Shown: in pieces, positions 38,984 to 48,692 of the stretch
How the letters are laid out: every line of letters starts with the position of its first letter
Position numbering within the stretch: position 1 is the first letter of the stretch
Assembly: GCA_040830765.1 (NCBI GenBank)
Contig: JBFOMH010000028.1
Location: 1 to 64,000, forward strand
DNA length: 64,000 bases
Reading direction: 5' to 3'
Source of the DNA: Puniceicoccaceae bacterium
GTDB taxonomy: Bacteria > Verrucomicrobiota > Verrucomicrobiia > Opitutales > Oceanipulchritudinaceae
Notes under the pieces: generated by a model
Database searches by the model: none
What the model was told of the DNA's origin: nothing
Seen by the model: the letters and a program-made list of their open reading frames with translations, nothing else
Made by a program: the position numbers and the translations under genes

Positions 38984-41362
38984 ATGGATCTGCTCAGTCT
39001 GCCAGACTTTACCCGCGAGGCCTTGGCGGAAATGGGGGGCTGGACCGCCTTGCGCAGTGCCCGGACCCTCTTTGAAGCGGGGGCCGTGCAGTCCGTTAAC
39101 TGGGAGAAGCCAGTGCTCAGCGGGACTGTCCGGGAAGGGGAGACCGTCTACGAGCCGAAGCTCGATTTGCGTTCCATGACCTTCGTGCGCAACCGGTGCA
39201 GCTGCCGTACCGGCCGAAGCGGACAAGTCTGTCCCCATGCCCTTGCCCTCTGCCTGGCGGCCCGCCGGATGGAGCAGGCAACGCCTGCGGCCAGCGCTCC
39301 GGAGCGGCCACGCACAGGAGCGAACCGGGTTCTGCTACCGCAAAACTGGATGGTGGTGGATGGGTCCCCAAAGTACCTCTCCATCATGCTGCGGGAGAAA
39401 AACCACCCGCAATACAGCCGTCTGGTGGACTGGTTGCGGGCGGAAGGTTTCCGACATGAGCCCAGCAACGGGAAATGGTGGCTCCGGGACCAGCACAAGG
39501 TACTGAACTTCCTGGCCCTCAACCGGCAGAGGCTGGAGACGGACTACGATGTCGGCTTCACGGAAGGTTTCCAGGAGCGCACCCGCATGATTCAGCCGGT
39601 TAAACTGGACTGCCAGGCGCAGAAGCAACGGAACGGCTATACCCTGCGAATGGAACTGCAGGCCGGTGACACCGATATCCGCGACATCCGTCATGCGCTT
39701 GTAACGGGCCGTCACTACATCATTCAGGACGATAAGGTTTACCTGGTGGAGAAGAGCACCCTCGATCGACTGGCCTCAGCCAGCCGATCCCTTGGGGGCG
39801 ATCCGGAACTGCCCATGAGCGGCATCTTCCAAATGGATGTTCCCGGGGCCAATCTCGCCGACACGGCCAGTGTCCTCGAAGATCTGGAGATCGAGGCCGA
39901 GTTGCCGGCTGACTGGACGGAGCGCAGTGCCGCCATCCGGGAGGTCGGGCGGCTTCAGGCGCCGCCAATCCCGGAAGCCACAGCGGCTAAATTCCGTGCT
40001 TACCAGTTGATTGGAACCGCCTGGTTGTGGCACCTATATCGCAACCGCCTCGGCGGAATCCTCGCTGATGAAATGGGCTTGGGCAAAACCATCCAGGCTA
40101 TCGGACTCATCCTGAGTTGGAAAGGGGCAGGGGAGTGTAATGGACCGGTTCTTGTGGTTGCTCCCGCCAGTCTGCTGGGAAACTGGCAGCGCGAGCTCGC
40201 CACCTGGGCGCCAGAATTGAGCGTCTACTTGCATCATGGTCCCGGGCGCTTGACGGAATTCTGGCCAGACGACAAAGAGCCGGATGTTTGCCTCACCTCC
40301 TACAGCACCTTGCGTAATGACCAGACGCTTTTTGGCGGGGAGGGCTTCTCCTTCGCGATCGCGGACGAGGCCCAACACGTCAAGAACCGCCGGACCCATG
40401 CTGCCCGGTCCCTGCGCAGTATTGATACCCCGGCCCGCTTTGTCCTCACCGGTACGCCCATCGAGAATTCCCTTGATGACCTCCGTTCGCTCTTTGAATT
40501 CTGCCTGCCGGGTTACCTCAAGCGTCCGCCCTCCGATTGCCGGGGTGAGGACCGGGCCTGGCATGACAAGCGCCATCTCGAGATGGCTGCTCCCTATATC
40601 CTCCGCCGGGGCAAGAAAATGGTCGCTCCGGAATTGCCGGACAAGATTGAACAGACCATCTGGTGCAGCCTTGAGGACAAGCAGCTCGCGTATTACCACG
40701 CCGTGCAGCAGAAGAGCCAGCAGGCGATGATGGAGATGGCCCAGTCGGGCGTATCCGAAAACCGGCTGCGGTTCGCCCTCCTGACGGAGCTCCTGCGTCT
40801 CCGTCAGGTCTGCGCCGATCCGGGACTGGTCAACCCGGAGTTCCCGCTCGAGGCCTCGGGCAAGTTTCTCGCCTTCCGGGAACTCCTCGAGGAGGCCATG
40901 GACGGCGGGCACCGCATCCTCGTCTTTTCCCAGTTCGTCAAACTCCTGAAACGTCTCCGGAAATGGCTCCAGGAGCAGGATATCCCGTCGGCCTACATTG
41001 ATGGCTCGACCCGGGACCGGCTCGCGGTTTGCGATTCCTTCAACAACAATCCGGACATCCCCCTCTGCCTCATCTCCCTCAAGGCGGGAGGGACCGGACT
41101 CAACCTGACCGGTGCCGATACCGTGGTCCACTTCGACCCATGGTGGAATCCAGCGGTGGAAGACCAAGCCACCGACCGGGCGCACCGGATCGGCCAGGAA
41201 CGGACGGTAACCAGTTACAAGCTGGTCACTGAAGGAACCGTAGAGGACAAGGTCCTTGGACTGCAGTTGCAGAAAGCCAGCCTATTACGGGAACTTCTGG
41301 ACGAAAGTGCCGCCCAGTCGGCAAAGGTTGATCTTGATACCCTGAAGGCTTTAATGTCCTGA
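38984..41362 (+). CDS. SWIM zinc finger + SNF2-family helicase
   Basis: CSC..CPH, LADEMGLGKT, DEAQ, LTGTPIEN, LKAGGTGLNL and QATDRAHRIGQ. Confidence 0.93.
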   Translation: MDLLSLPDFTREALAEMGGWTALRSARTLFEAGAVQSVNWEKPVLSGTVREGETVYEPKLDLRSMTFVRNRCSCRTGRSGQVCPHALALCLAARRMEQATPAASAPERPRTGANRVLLPQNWMVVDGSPKYLSIMLREKNHPQYSRLVDWLRAEGFRHEPSNGKWWLRDQHKVLNFLALNRQRLETDYDVGFTEGFQERTRMIQPVKLDCQAQKQRNGYTLRMELQAGDTDIRDIRHALVTGRHYIIQDDKVYLVEKSTLDRLASASRSLGGDPELPMSGIFQMDVPGANLADTASVLEDLEIEAELPADWTERSAAIREVGRLQAPPIPEATAAKFRAYQLIGTAWLWHLYRNRLGGILADEMGLGKTIQAIGLILSWKGAGECNGPVLVVAPASLLGNWQRELATWAPELSVYLHHGPGRLTEFWPDDKEPDVCLTSYSTLRNDQTLFGGEGFSFAIADEAQHVKNRRTHAARSLRSIDTPARFVLTGTPIENSLDDLRSLFEFCLPGYLKRPPSDCRGEDRAWHDKRHLEMAAPYILRRGKKMVAPELPDKIEQTIWCSLEDKQLAYYHAVQQKSQQAMMEMAQSGVSENRLRFALLTELLRLRQVCADPGLVNPEFPLEASGKFLAFRELLEEAMDGGHRILVFSQFVKLLKRLRKWLQEQDIPSAYIDGSTRDRLAVCDSFNNNPDIPLCLISLKAGGTGLNLTGADTVVHFDPWWNPAVEDQATDRAHRIGQERTVTSYKLVTEGTVEDKVLGLQLQKASLLRELLDESAAQSAKVDLDTLKALMS

Positions 41363-41364
41363 AA

Positions 41365-42480
41365 ATGCGGATCGACTGGTATGTGTTCAGGGAGTGGCTG
41401 AAGGTCTTTATCATGACCTTGTTCGTGCTGTTCGGGCTGCTCATCATCAGCGATCTGCAGGACAACTTGCCGGACCTGCTCGGGTTCGGGGCCAGCAATG
41501 CAGAGATTTTGCGTTACTATGCCATCAAGCTGCCTTCCTTCGTGCCCATTGTTGTTCCCATGGGGTTCATGGTCTCGCTGCTTTTCAGTCTCGGGCAGTT
41601 TCACCGGAATCACGAGATAACGGCCATGCGGGCGGCCGGATTCAGCCTCTTCCGGATTACCCGCAGCCTTTGGGCATCTGGCCTCGTGCTCACTGTCATC
41701 CTCTTCCAAATGAACGCCCGGATCATTCCCTGGTCGGTCGAGGAGGCCCGGCAGATCTGGAACGATTATGCCTACAGCAAGGCACTGCAGGAGGAGGCCA
41801 ATGAGGAAGTGGGCCTGCTCTACAATCTGACCTTCTTCAACCGTCGGGACGGCCGTCTGTGGTTCCTGAACCGCTTCAACGAGTACAACTACCGCGGGTT
41901 TGGCATCACCATCTCCGAATTGAATCCGGAAAACGGGCAGGAGCTGCGGCGCATTGCCGCCAACCGGGGCTACTATGATGACTTGAACGGTGGCTGGACC
42001 TTCAATGAGGGACGGGAGACAACCTTTGATGAAAGCAGTGGCGATCCTGTTCGCAGTTTGCCTTTTGACCAGTTGCACATGGCCGGGTTCACGGAGGATC
42101 CCGACTTGATGAAGGCCCTCGAAAAGCGTCCCAAGGACCTCTCCCTGAGCGAGCTCAAGACGGTGGTTGATTACCTTCGTCCAGCGGAGGATCCCCGCCT
42201 GGCCACTTATGCCGTGACCTTCTATGATCGGCTCTTCAGTCCAGTCAGCTGCCTGATCATCCTCGGACTGGCGATTCCTTTTTCGGTTACAGGGGTGAGG
42301 ACCAACCCATTTGTCGGAGTCAGTAAGGCGATGGGCCTGCTATTCCTTTATTACATCCTTCTCAATGTGGCCCAGTTTGCCGGGACCAGCGGGTTCAACC
42401 CGCTGTTGGCGGCTTCGTTGCCAAATGTCGCGGCTTTTGCCCTCATTGGATGGTACTTTATTAAACTGCAACATCCATGA
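41365..42480 (+). CDS. LptF/LptG family LPS export permease
   Basis: IDWYVFRE, NHEITAMRAAGFS; 3 TM + periplasmic domain + 3 TM. Confidence 0.9.
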   Translation: MRIDWYVFREWLKVFIMTLFVLFGLLIISDLQDNLPDLLGFGASNAEILRYYAIKLPSFVPIVVPMGFMVSLLFSLGQFHRNHEITAMRAAGFSLFRITRSLWASGLVLTVILFQMNARIIPWSVEEARQIWNDYAYSKALQEEANEEVGLLYNLTFFNRRDGRLWFLNRFNEYNYRGFGITISELNPENGQELRRIAANRGYYDDLNGGWTFNEGRETTFDESSGDPVRSLPFDQLHMAGFTEDPDLMKALEKRPKDLSLSELKTVVDYLRPAEDPRLATYAVTFYDRLFSPVSCLIILGLAIPFSVTGVRTNPFVGVSKAMGLLFLYYILLNVAQFAGTSGFNPLLAASLPNVAAFALIGWYFIKLQHP

Positions 42481-43631
42481 TGAAGCTTGTCTTGAAAAAG
42501 GAAGCCGCGCGGGCCCGTGTCCGCAATGGCCATCCGTGGCTTTTTGTGAACGAGGTCGAGGCGGTACCGGATGCCTCCTTTGATGGCAAGGCACTGGCCC
42601 TTGAGGATGCCCGTGGTCGTCATCTCGGTATGGGCATTGTCAATACACAATCCCAAATCCTCTGGCGGCGCTACAATAAGGACAAGGAGGCCTGGGGTCC
42701 TGAGTTCTGGGCCAAAGCTCTCGAGCGGGCAAACCACAACCGCGAGGAGGAACCCTTTCGTCGTCTGGTCTGGTCGGAAGCTGATGACCTTCCCGGTTTG
42801 GTTGTAGACCAATTCGGCGATGTCCTTGTTGTTCAGGCCCTGACCAAGGCAATTGATCTTGCGCTCAAGGAGTTGCTGCCACTTTTGCAGGAACAGTATT
42901 CCCCGCGGGAGATTCTTGTCCGTAACGATGCACCCAGTCGGCGGCGGGAGGGTCTTGAGCTGGAGAGCTACACTGTCAGCGGCAAGCCGCTACCGGCGTT
43001 CTGGGCGGAAATCTATAACGTGCATTATCACCTCGACCTCGACAAGGCACAGAAAACGGGATTCTACCTGGACCAGCGACAGGAACACTTCAAGGTGGCC
43101 ACCTTTGCTTCCGGATGGCGGGTTCTTGATGCCTTCTGCAACCAAGGTGCCTTTGCCATCAATTGTGCCCTCGCTGGCGCTCGGGAAGTCATTGCCATTG
43201 ACAGCTCAGCGGAGGCTATTGAACAGGGGCGGAAAAATGCTGCCAAAAACGATGTCTCCGTGGAATTCAGGGAGGAGAACGTCTTTGACTATTTCACTGC
43301 CAACCGGGAGGAGCGCTTTGACCTGGTTATCCTCGATCCACCCTCCTTTGCTCCCAACCGGCGATCGGTCAAGGGTGCCCTCAAGGGATACAAGGAGCTC
43401 CACGTTCGCGCATTCCGGTCGCTCAATGCCGGCGGCATTCTTGCTACCTATTGTTGCTCCCATCATGTCTCCCGGAGCCTTTTCCGGGAGGTCATTGAGC
43501 AAGCCGCGGCCGACACGCGGAGCAAGGTCCAGGTTCTTTACGAAACCGGCCAACCGATGGACCATCCGGTCCTGCTGAATTTTCCGGAATCGGAGTATCT
43601 CAAGGGATTTATCCTGAGAATGCAGGATTGA
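42477..43631 (+). CDS. rlmI: RlmI-like rRNA m5C SAM methyltransferase
   Basis: GHPW PUA start, SEADDLPGLVVD, QKTGFYLDQR, ILDPPSF and EYLKG. Confidence 0.85.
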   Translation: MMKLVLKKEAARARVRNGHPWLFVNEVEAVPDASFDGKALALEDARGRHLGMGIVNTQSQILWRRYNKDKEAWGPEFWAKALERANHNREEEPFRRLVWSEADDLPGLVVDQFGDVLVVQALTKAIDLALKELLPLLQEQYSPREILVRNDAPSRRREGLELESYTVSGKPLPAFWAEIYNVHYHLDLDKAQKTGFYLDQRQEHFKVATFASGWRVLDAFCNQGAFAINCALAGAREVIAIDSSAEAIEQGRKNAAKNDVSVEFREENVFDYFTANREERFDLVILDPPSFAPNRRSVKGALKGYKELHVRAFRSLNAGGILATYCCSHHVSRSLFREVIEQAAADTRSKVQVLYETGQPMDHPVLLNFPESEYLKGFILRMQD

Positions 43632-43633
43632 CC

Positions 43634-44539
43634 TTACCAGAAGAAGGTCATTACCCGGGGGTCCAGGTGTTTCTTTGAGCGTGACGGATAGAGGGTTCGC
43701 CACACCGTGGCGTAATTTTCCCATGGTCCCCGGATTTCGTTGTCCACCAATGGTTCCGGGCAAGTGTCATCAGGTGAAGGAACATCCATTTTCAATCGCT
43801 CCCTGAAGACGGCATGGCCGTAAGGGAATGCATAGTGCAAAAGCCGTCTTTCCAGATGATTGCCCAGGGCAGGGAGATCCGTCTCGCTGAAGCGGGGATT
43901 TCGCTTATTGAAAAACTCCAGCGCCACGATGGCCCGCTCCAGTTCAATGGTCGCCTTCCAGAGCGAATCCCTAACCTTTACCGCCGCGGCAGTGCCATAG
44001 CCCGTCCATCCGCAAGGGCCCATCCTCCAGCAGAGGACTACCGCAGCTTCGGAGATCGGGTTGTTGATCCGGACAGCCGAAAATCCAGGTACCTTAGTTT
44101 CCAATGGCTGATGCTCCAGGCAGCGATTCCACCACTGGACGAGGCAGTACCGTTCCTCGGCCTCAAGCCGCGCCCGTTCGCGGGCTGATCCCTTGAAGAG
44201 TCCAGGGAAGGCCGCAATGCCGCTTGTTGTGTCATCATCCTGGAACCCATGGGATGCGTGTTGGCCCTGCTGGCAGATATAGTGGAAGGCCCACCGTTCC
44301 AGTGCTTCCGAGATAGCCTTGTGCCGCGCTACCATTGGGGAGGCGTCGGTCCCGGTCCCGTCAGCGTTGGCAAAGACTTGGTTCTCCCCCTGCCTGAGGT
44401 TCAAGTACCGGGATAAGTAAGCGCTGGCCTGCTGGAGCTGTCTTCCCTGGATGGTGACAGGACCGTGCTCAAGGTACTCAATGGGGCCGCCATGGCAATT
44501 GAGGACTTTGCTGTATCGCAGGGGCGCAAGGCTCAACAT
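43634..44539 (-). CDS. Compact stand-alone YcaO-family protein
   Basis: Three YcaO-type ATP/Mg motifs: GTG..(A)..KAISEALER, TSGIAA...ARLEAEER, GYGTAA...ATIELER. GGAG RBS upstream. Confidence 0.75.
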   Translation of the reverse strand: MLSLAPLRYSKVLNCHGGPIEYLEHGPVTIQGRQLQQASAYLSRYLNLRQGENQVFANADGTGTDASPMVARHKAISEALERWAFHYICQQGQHASHGFQDDDTTSGIAAFPGLFKGSARERARLEAEERYCLVQWWNRCLEHQPLETKVPGFSAVRINNPISEAAVVLCWRMGPCGWTGYGTAAAVKVRDSLWKATIELERAIVALEFFNKRNPRFSETDLPALGNHLERRLLHYAFPYGHAVFRERLKMDVPSPDDTCPEPLVDNEIRGPWENYATVWRTLYPSRSKKHLDPRVMTFFW

Positions 44540-44587
44540 GAGGTGCTCCAGCCAGTTGATGAAAACATTCCTGTAGCGGACTGTCCG

Positions 44588-44773
44588 CTACTTGCGCTTG
44601 TTTGAACCGCAGGGCAGGGTCCCGAGTGCGGGCGAATCGCTGGAAGGATCGGGAATCAACCTGGACTCGCTTTCCAGTTCATCAAATGCCTCCGCAGCCT
44701 TGACGAACCCACAGCTTAAAAGCAATGTGGCTGCCACATGAAGAATGATTCTGGGTATGCGTATTCTGCTCAT
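44588..44773 (-). CDS. 61-aa peptide with signal peptide; candidate YcaO substrate (RiPP precursor)
   Basis: Arg-rich n-region, hydrophobic h-region, VKA/AEA cleavage sites, C-terminal GTLPCGS; fills the gap 48 nt upstream of ycaO on the same strand. Confidence 0.6.
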   Translation of the reverse strand: MSRIRIPRIILHVAATLLLSCGFVKAAEAFDELESESRLIPDPSSDSPALGTLPCGSNKRK

Positions 44774-44861
44774 GTGTTCAGGAATAATTCCGGTGCTACC
44801 TAAATTCGACTAAAGGACCTCCTTGAATTCAAGTACTTTTTTTCCTTTACATGGCTGGACG

Positions 44862-47800
44862 ATGCGGGCCCACTTGCTTTCGGTCTTCCTGGTTGCTGCG
44901 GTAGCTTCTCTCCTGGAGGCCTCCATGGAGCGGTTTTTCCACTACGGTGAGCCGCTGGTGCAGGATCTGGGTATTGATGGATCCAAAGAAGGGGGGTATA
45001 TTTGGAATATTGTCTGGGACGACCTGGGGGTGGCCTATCTTGGCCGGGATACCCTCTGGCGCTGGGATGGGACCAACATGAGGCAACTGGGACCGGATCA
45101 CCTGGTCGAACTCAAGGGAATGTGTTTCGATGCCCAAGGCAGGCTGTGGTTGGGAAGTTTCAATGAGATTGGGGTCTTCGATCCCCGTACCTTGAGGTAT
45201 GATTCCCGACTGGACTGGATTCCGCGGGAAAAACAGGCTTTCGGACAAGTATGGGACCTTCACCACGACGGGGAGTTCCTTTGGGTTGCCACGGACCATC
45301 AACTCTTCCGGGTCGGGGAAGACAGCTTCAGCGACTGGTCATTTCCCGGGGACCATCGGGTCATCTTCCACTTTCTTGAGTCAGGCACTTATGCGCACCA
45401 GGTTGGTGTCGGCCTTTGGCGATTGCAGGACAGTGAGATGCACTTGCTTTGTGATGATTCCCAACTGGCCGAACGCAGCGTCCTCTATCTTGAGGATCAG
45501 CCTGATGGAACGTTGATGGCCGTCTCCGGGAGTGGGGTGTTCTATTACCATGAGAATTATATACCATCACTAATTAAGAATCAGTTTCCGTCACATATTT
45601 CACTAAGTGGGGTATGTGAAATATCTAGAGATCATTGGCTTTTAGGTACCCTAAGTGATGGCATCTTCGAGTTAACCAAAGAGGGTCAGGAATTCTCGCT
45701 TAGGAAAAGCAAGTCTCAGAGAGAACAGATAAGTATAATCAAATTACTGACCGATCCCCACGGAGAACTATGGCTTGTTGATTTAGATTCTGTTCAGATC
45801 GTTGATTTTTCATTCCTAATAACTCTGCTTAAAGGACCGGAAGATTTCCCCTCAGGGACAATTCGAGACATCAGTTTAATAAAAAGTTCTTTAGTACTTG
45901 GAATGGATACTGGAGTCTTTGAATTTAAGTCTAAAGATCTCAAAAACAATTGGATTCAGCACACCGAAAATGAATCCAAAAAGACTGTCGCTTTTGATGG
46001 CGCGATATATTTTGATGACTACGATCGGTTGATGGTTCTCAAGGACGGGAACCCGGAAGTATTGGCGGAGTTTGACCGGGAGATCCGCACGTTCACCCTG
46101 ACCTCGCCGGACCGATTGGTTGTGGCCTTCAACGATCGGTTGGAGGCCTATCGCATCATCCCCGGTAGGGAATTGGAGCTGCTTGGGGAATACAGTACAT
46201 TGAACGGGCTCGTTAAGCTGGAAGCCGATGCTACTGGACGGGTCTGGGGGTGGTCTCACCGCACGCCATTGCTGGAGGTCGTTGCTGATGGAATGGAGTT
46301 GAAAGTACATCGGTACGACACCGTTTCGGGAAGGGACCTGTTCAGCGAGGAGCATCAATTTGCGATAACTTCCGTGGGTCCGGTTCTGGTCTTTCATGAC
46401 ACATTGGCGCGTTACGCTGCAGGAAAGGGAATCTGGGAAGTGACGCCCTTTGACCCTGGACTGGGGCGATTGCAGGCCGTGGATTTCCGGATGGAGGCGA
46501 ACAACCTGTCGGGCTGGCTGATCGTGCGGGATCCGATGACGGACAACAGCCTTCTTCTGGAAGTGAACTGGCCGGCAGACGGCGTAGTGGACTGGAGCAT
46601 CCTGCCCTGGCCTGCGATGGATGAGATTGGTCCGGTCATGGATTTTGAATATGTGGATGGTCCGGAACCATACTTTGTCTTTGGCGGCCTGCGGGGAATC
46701 CTCATTGCACCGGTCGCGGTGTCGGAGCGCATTCCTGCACCAGGTAAGCCGGTTATTTGGGAGGGGTTGGCCGGCATACAACCCGCTGGTGACCGGGAAA
46801 CGGAATTTGGTGCGGGCAATCTGCATTATTCCTTCAGTACCCCACGGGCCAGCTGGCACTATCCTGTGTGGTACCAGACGCGGATTAAGGGAATGGACCC
46901 TGACTGGACTCCCCCAAGTCCATTTGCCTTCAGGGATACCGGGCAACTGCTGGACGGCACGTTCGACTTTCAGGTACGGGCGGTAGATCCCTTTGGCCGG
47001 GTGGGCCCAATTGCCTCGGTCCGGTTGAAGGTTAATCCTCCCTGGAGCCGTACCGGATGGGCTTACCTCATTTACTTTGGCTGTATCTTGTTGCTGGTCG
47101 CATTTGGTGTTCGCTTCGCTATCCATCTGGAGCGCAACAAACAGCGCAAACTGGAGCGCCTCGTTGATGAAAGGACCCACGAATTGCGCCAGGCAAATGC
47201 CTTCAAGGACCTCTTGATTGCCAACTTGAGCCACGAAATCCGCAACCCGTTGAACGGAGTGATTGGCCTTATCCGTCAGTTGAAGGAGGATGCCCTGCCT
47301 CCTTTGAGCCATTTGAAGGCCCTTCGGCAGGCAGCGGACTACCTTCGCAACACAGTCGAGGGCGTACTGGACTTTTCCAAGATTCAATCGGGTCAGGTTG
47401 AGCTCAAGTTCAAGCCGGTCAATTTAAGACCTGTCCTCATGGGGCCCGTTGGTATCTACAGGTCCCAGGCTAAAGCAAAGGGGCTTGACCTTAAAGTCGA
47501 CTTTGAAGTCGCGGATGAGTTGGTTGTCGTTACGGACGAACAGAAGATACAGCAAATCATGGGTAATCTTGTTTCCAATGCGATCAAGTTCACCGAGGCG
47601 GGTACCGTATCGGTCGAGGTCCGGTTGGAAGTGGAGGAGCTGGAGAGGGGCAACTTGACTATATGCGTCATGGATACAGGTCGTGGCATAGCCCCTGAAG
47701 ACCATGACAAGATTTTCCAGGAATTCTACCAGAGCAAGGGACCCGCTCTAAAGACTCCCGGCACAGGTCTTGGTCTGGCACTAGTTCGGCAGTATGCGGA

Positions 47801-48689
47801 GCTCTTGCAGGGAACTGTCAGCCTGGAGTCCACATTAGGGGAAGGTTCCTCCTTTACGGTGTCGCTTCCGGTTTCCGTGGCCGCATTCGGATCTGACAAC
47901 GGTGAAGCAGACCTCCCCGGGGCAGCTTTGAACCTCTCTGTCCTGGTCATTGAGGATACCGATTACAACCGACTCTTTATGGAGGACTTGCTTGTCGAGC
48001 GCGGGTGCCGGGTTGACCTTGCCGAAGATGGAAATACCGGATTACAGATGGCGCTAAAAGGTCAGTATGACCTCATCTTCCTTGATTGGGAATTGCCAGG
48101 AATGAATGGTGTGGAGATTACCCGGGAGCTGCGGGCGAATCAGCAATTCGATCAATCCACACTGCTGGTGGGACTGACAGCCTTTGCCACGGAGGACAGG
48201 CGCCGGGCTGGACTGGAGGCGGGTATGAGTGCTTTCCTGGTCAAGCCGCTGGAACTTCGCGATCTTTACAGGGTCCTCGAGACAAGATACCCGGGTTTGA
48301 AGGATGTTATAAAGGGAGCTCTGGAATCCGAAGATACGCAGACAGGGGCAGGAAACAGCGGTGAGTCCTTGATCGCAGGCAGGGGACTCCTGGCTGAGAT
48401 GTCGGCTCACAAGGATTGGGACGACTTGAAGAACCGGTGGCTGGGAATTTTCAATGAGCACGTCCTCGAGGTTGCCCAGGCCATAGAAGGTGGCGACAGC
48501 GAGACCATTCGCCGCTACACCCACAAGCTGCTCGGGCATTTGCGCATGCTCCAAGCGGAACCCATCGCAGAACCCATCCAGCAGATGCTGGTTGCGGCTC
48601 ATGGAGGAGATATGGAGCGTATCTGCCGGCACTGGGCCACGTTCAACGGTCGGCTGGAGGCATTCCGTGAGGCTTACAGGAAATTGTGA
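44862..48689 (+). CDS. Hybrid sensor histidine kinase: periplasmic beta-propellers, Y_Y_Y, TM, HisKA, HATPase, REC, HPt
   Basis: GRLWLG blades, YQTRIKGMDPDW..FQVRA, PPWSRTGWAY + TM, SHEIRNPLNG, NLVSNAIKFT, DTGRGI, GTGLGL, FLDWELPGMNG and HKLLG. Confidence 0.93.
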   Translation: MRAHLLSVFLVAAVASLLEASMERFFHYGEPLVQDLGIDGSKEGGYIWNIVWDDLGVAYLGRDTLWRWDGTNMRQLGPDHLVELKGMCFDAQGRLWLGSFNEIGVFDPRTLRYDSRLDWIPREKQAFGQVWDLHHDGEFLWVATDHQLFRVGEDSFSDWSFPGDHRVIFHFLESGTYAHQVGVGLWRLQDSEMHLLCDDSQLAERSVLYLEDQPDGTLMAVSGSGVFYYHENYIPSLIKNQFPSHISLSGVCEISRDHWLLGTLSDGIFELTKEGQEFSLRKSKSQREQISIIKLLTDPHGELWLVDLDSVQIVDFSFLITLLKGPEDFPSGTIRDISLIKSSLVLGMDTGVFEFKSKDLKNNWIQHTENESKKTVAFDGAIYFDDYDRLMVLKDGNPEVLAEFDREIRTFTLTSPDRLVVAFNDRLEAYRIIPGRELELLGEYSTLNGLVKLEADATGRVWGWSHRTPLLEVVADGMELKVHRYDTVSGRDLFSEEHQFAITSVGPVLVFHDTLARYAAGKGIWEVTPFDPGLGRLQAVDFRMEANNLSGWLIVRDPMTDNSLLLEVNWPADGVVDWSILPWPAMDEIGPVMDFEYVDGPEPYFVFGGLRGILIAPVAVSERIPAPGKPVIWEGLAGIQPAGDRETEFGAGNLHYSFSTPRASWHYPVWYQTRIKGMDPDWTPPSPFAFRDTGQLLDGTFDFQVRAVDPFGRVGPIASVRLKVNPPWSRTGWAYLIYFGCILLLVAFGVRFAIHLERNKQRKLERLVDERTHELRQANAFKDLLIANLSHEIRNPLNGVIGLIRQLKEDALPPLSHLKALRQAADYLRNTVEGVLDFSKIQSGQVELKFKPVNLRPVLMGPVGIYRSQAKAKGLDLKVDFEVADELVVVTDEQKIQQIMGNLVSNAIKFTEAGTVSVEVRLEVEELERGNLTICVMDTGRGIAPEDHDKIFQEFYQSKGPALKTPGTGLGLALVRQYAELLQGTVSLESTLGEGSSFTVSLPVSVAAFGSDNGEADLPGAALNLSVLVIEDTDYNRLFMEDLLVERGCRVDLAEDGNTGLQMALKGQYDLIFLDWELPGMNGVEITRELRANQQFDQSTLLVGLTAFATEDRRRAGLEAGMSAFLVKPLELRDLYRVLETRYPGLKDVIKGALESEDTQTGAGNSGESLIAGRGLLAEMSAHKDWDDLKNRWLGIFNEHVLEVAQAIEGGDSETIRRYTHKLLGHLRMLQAEPIAEPIQQMLVAAHGGDMERICRHWATFNGRLEAFREAYRKL

Positions 48690-48692
48690 TCC

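Noticed and set aside
38984..41362. SNF2 helicase as an anti-phage defence system
   Set aside because: It is the common SWIM-SNF2 type in a housekeeping operon with no nuclease or DNA methylase partners.
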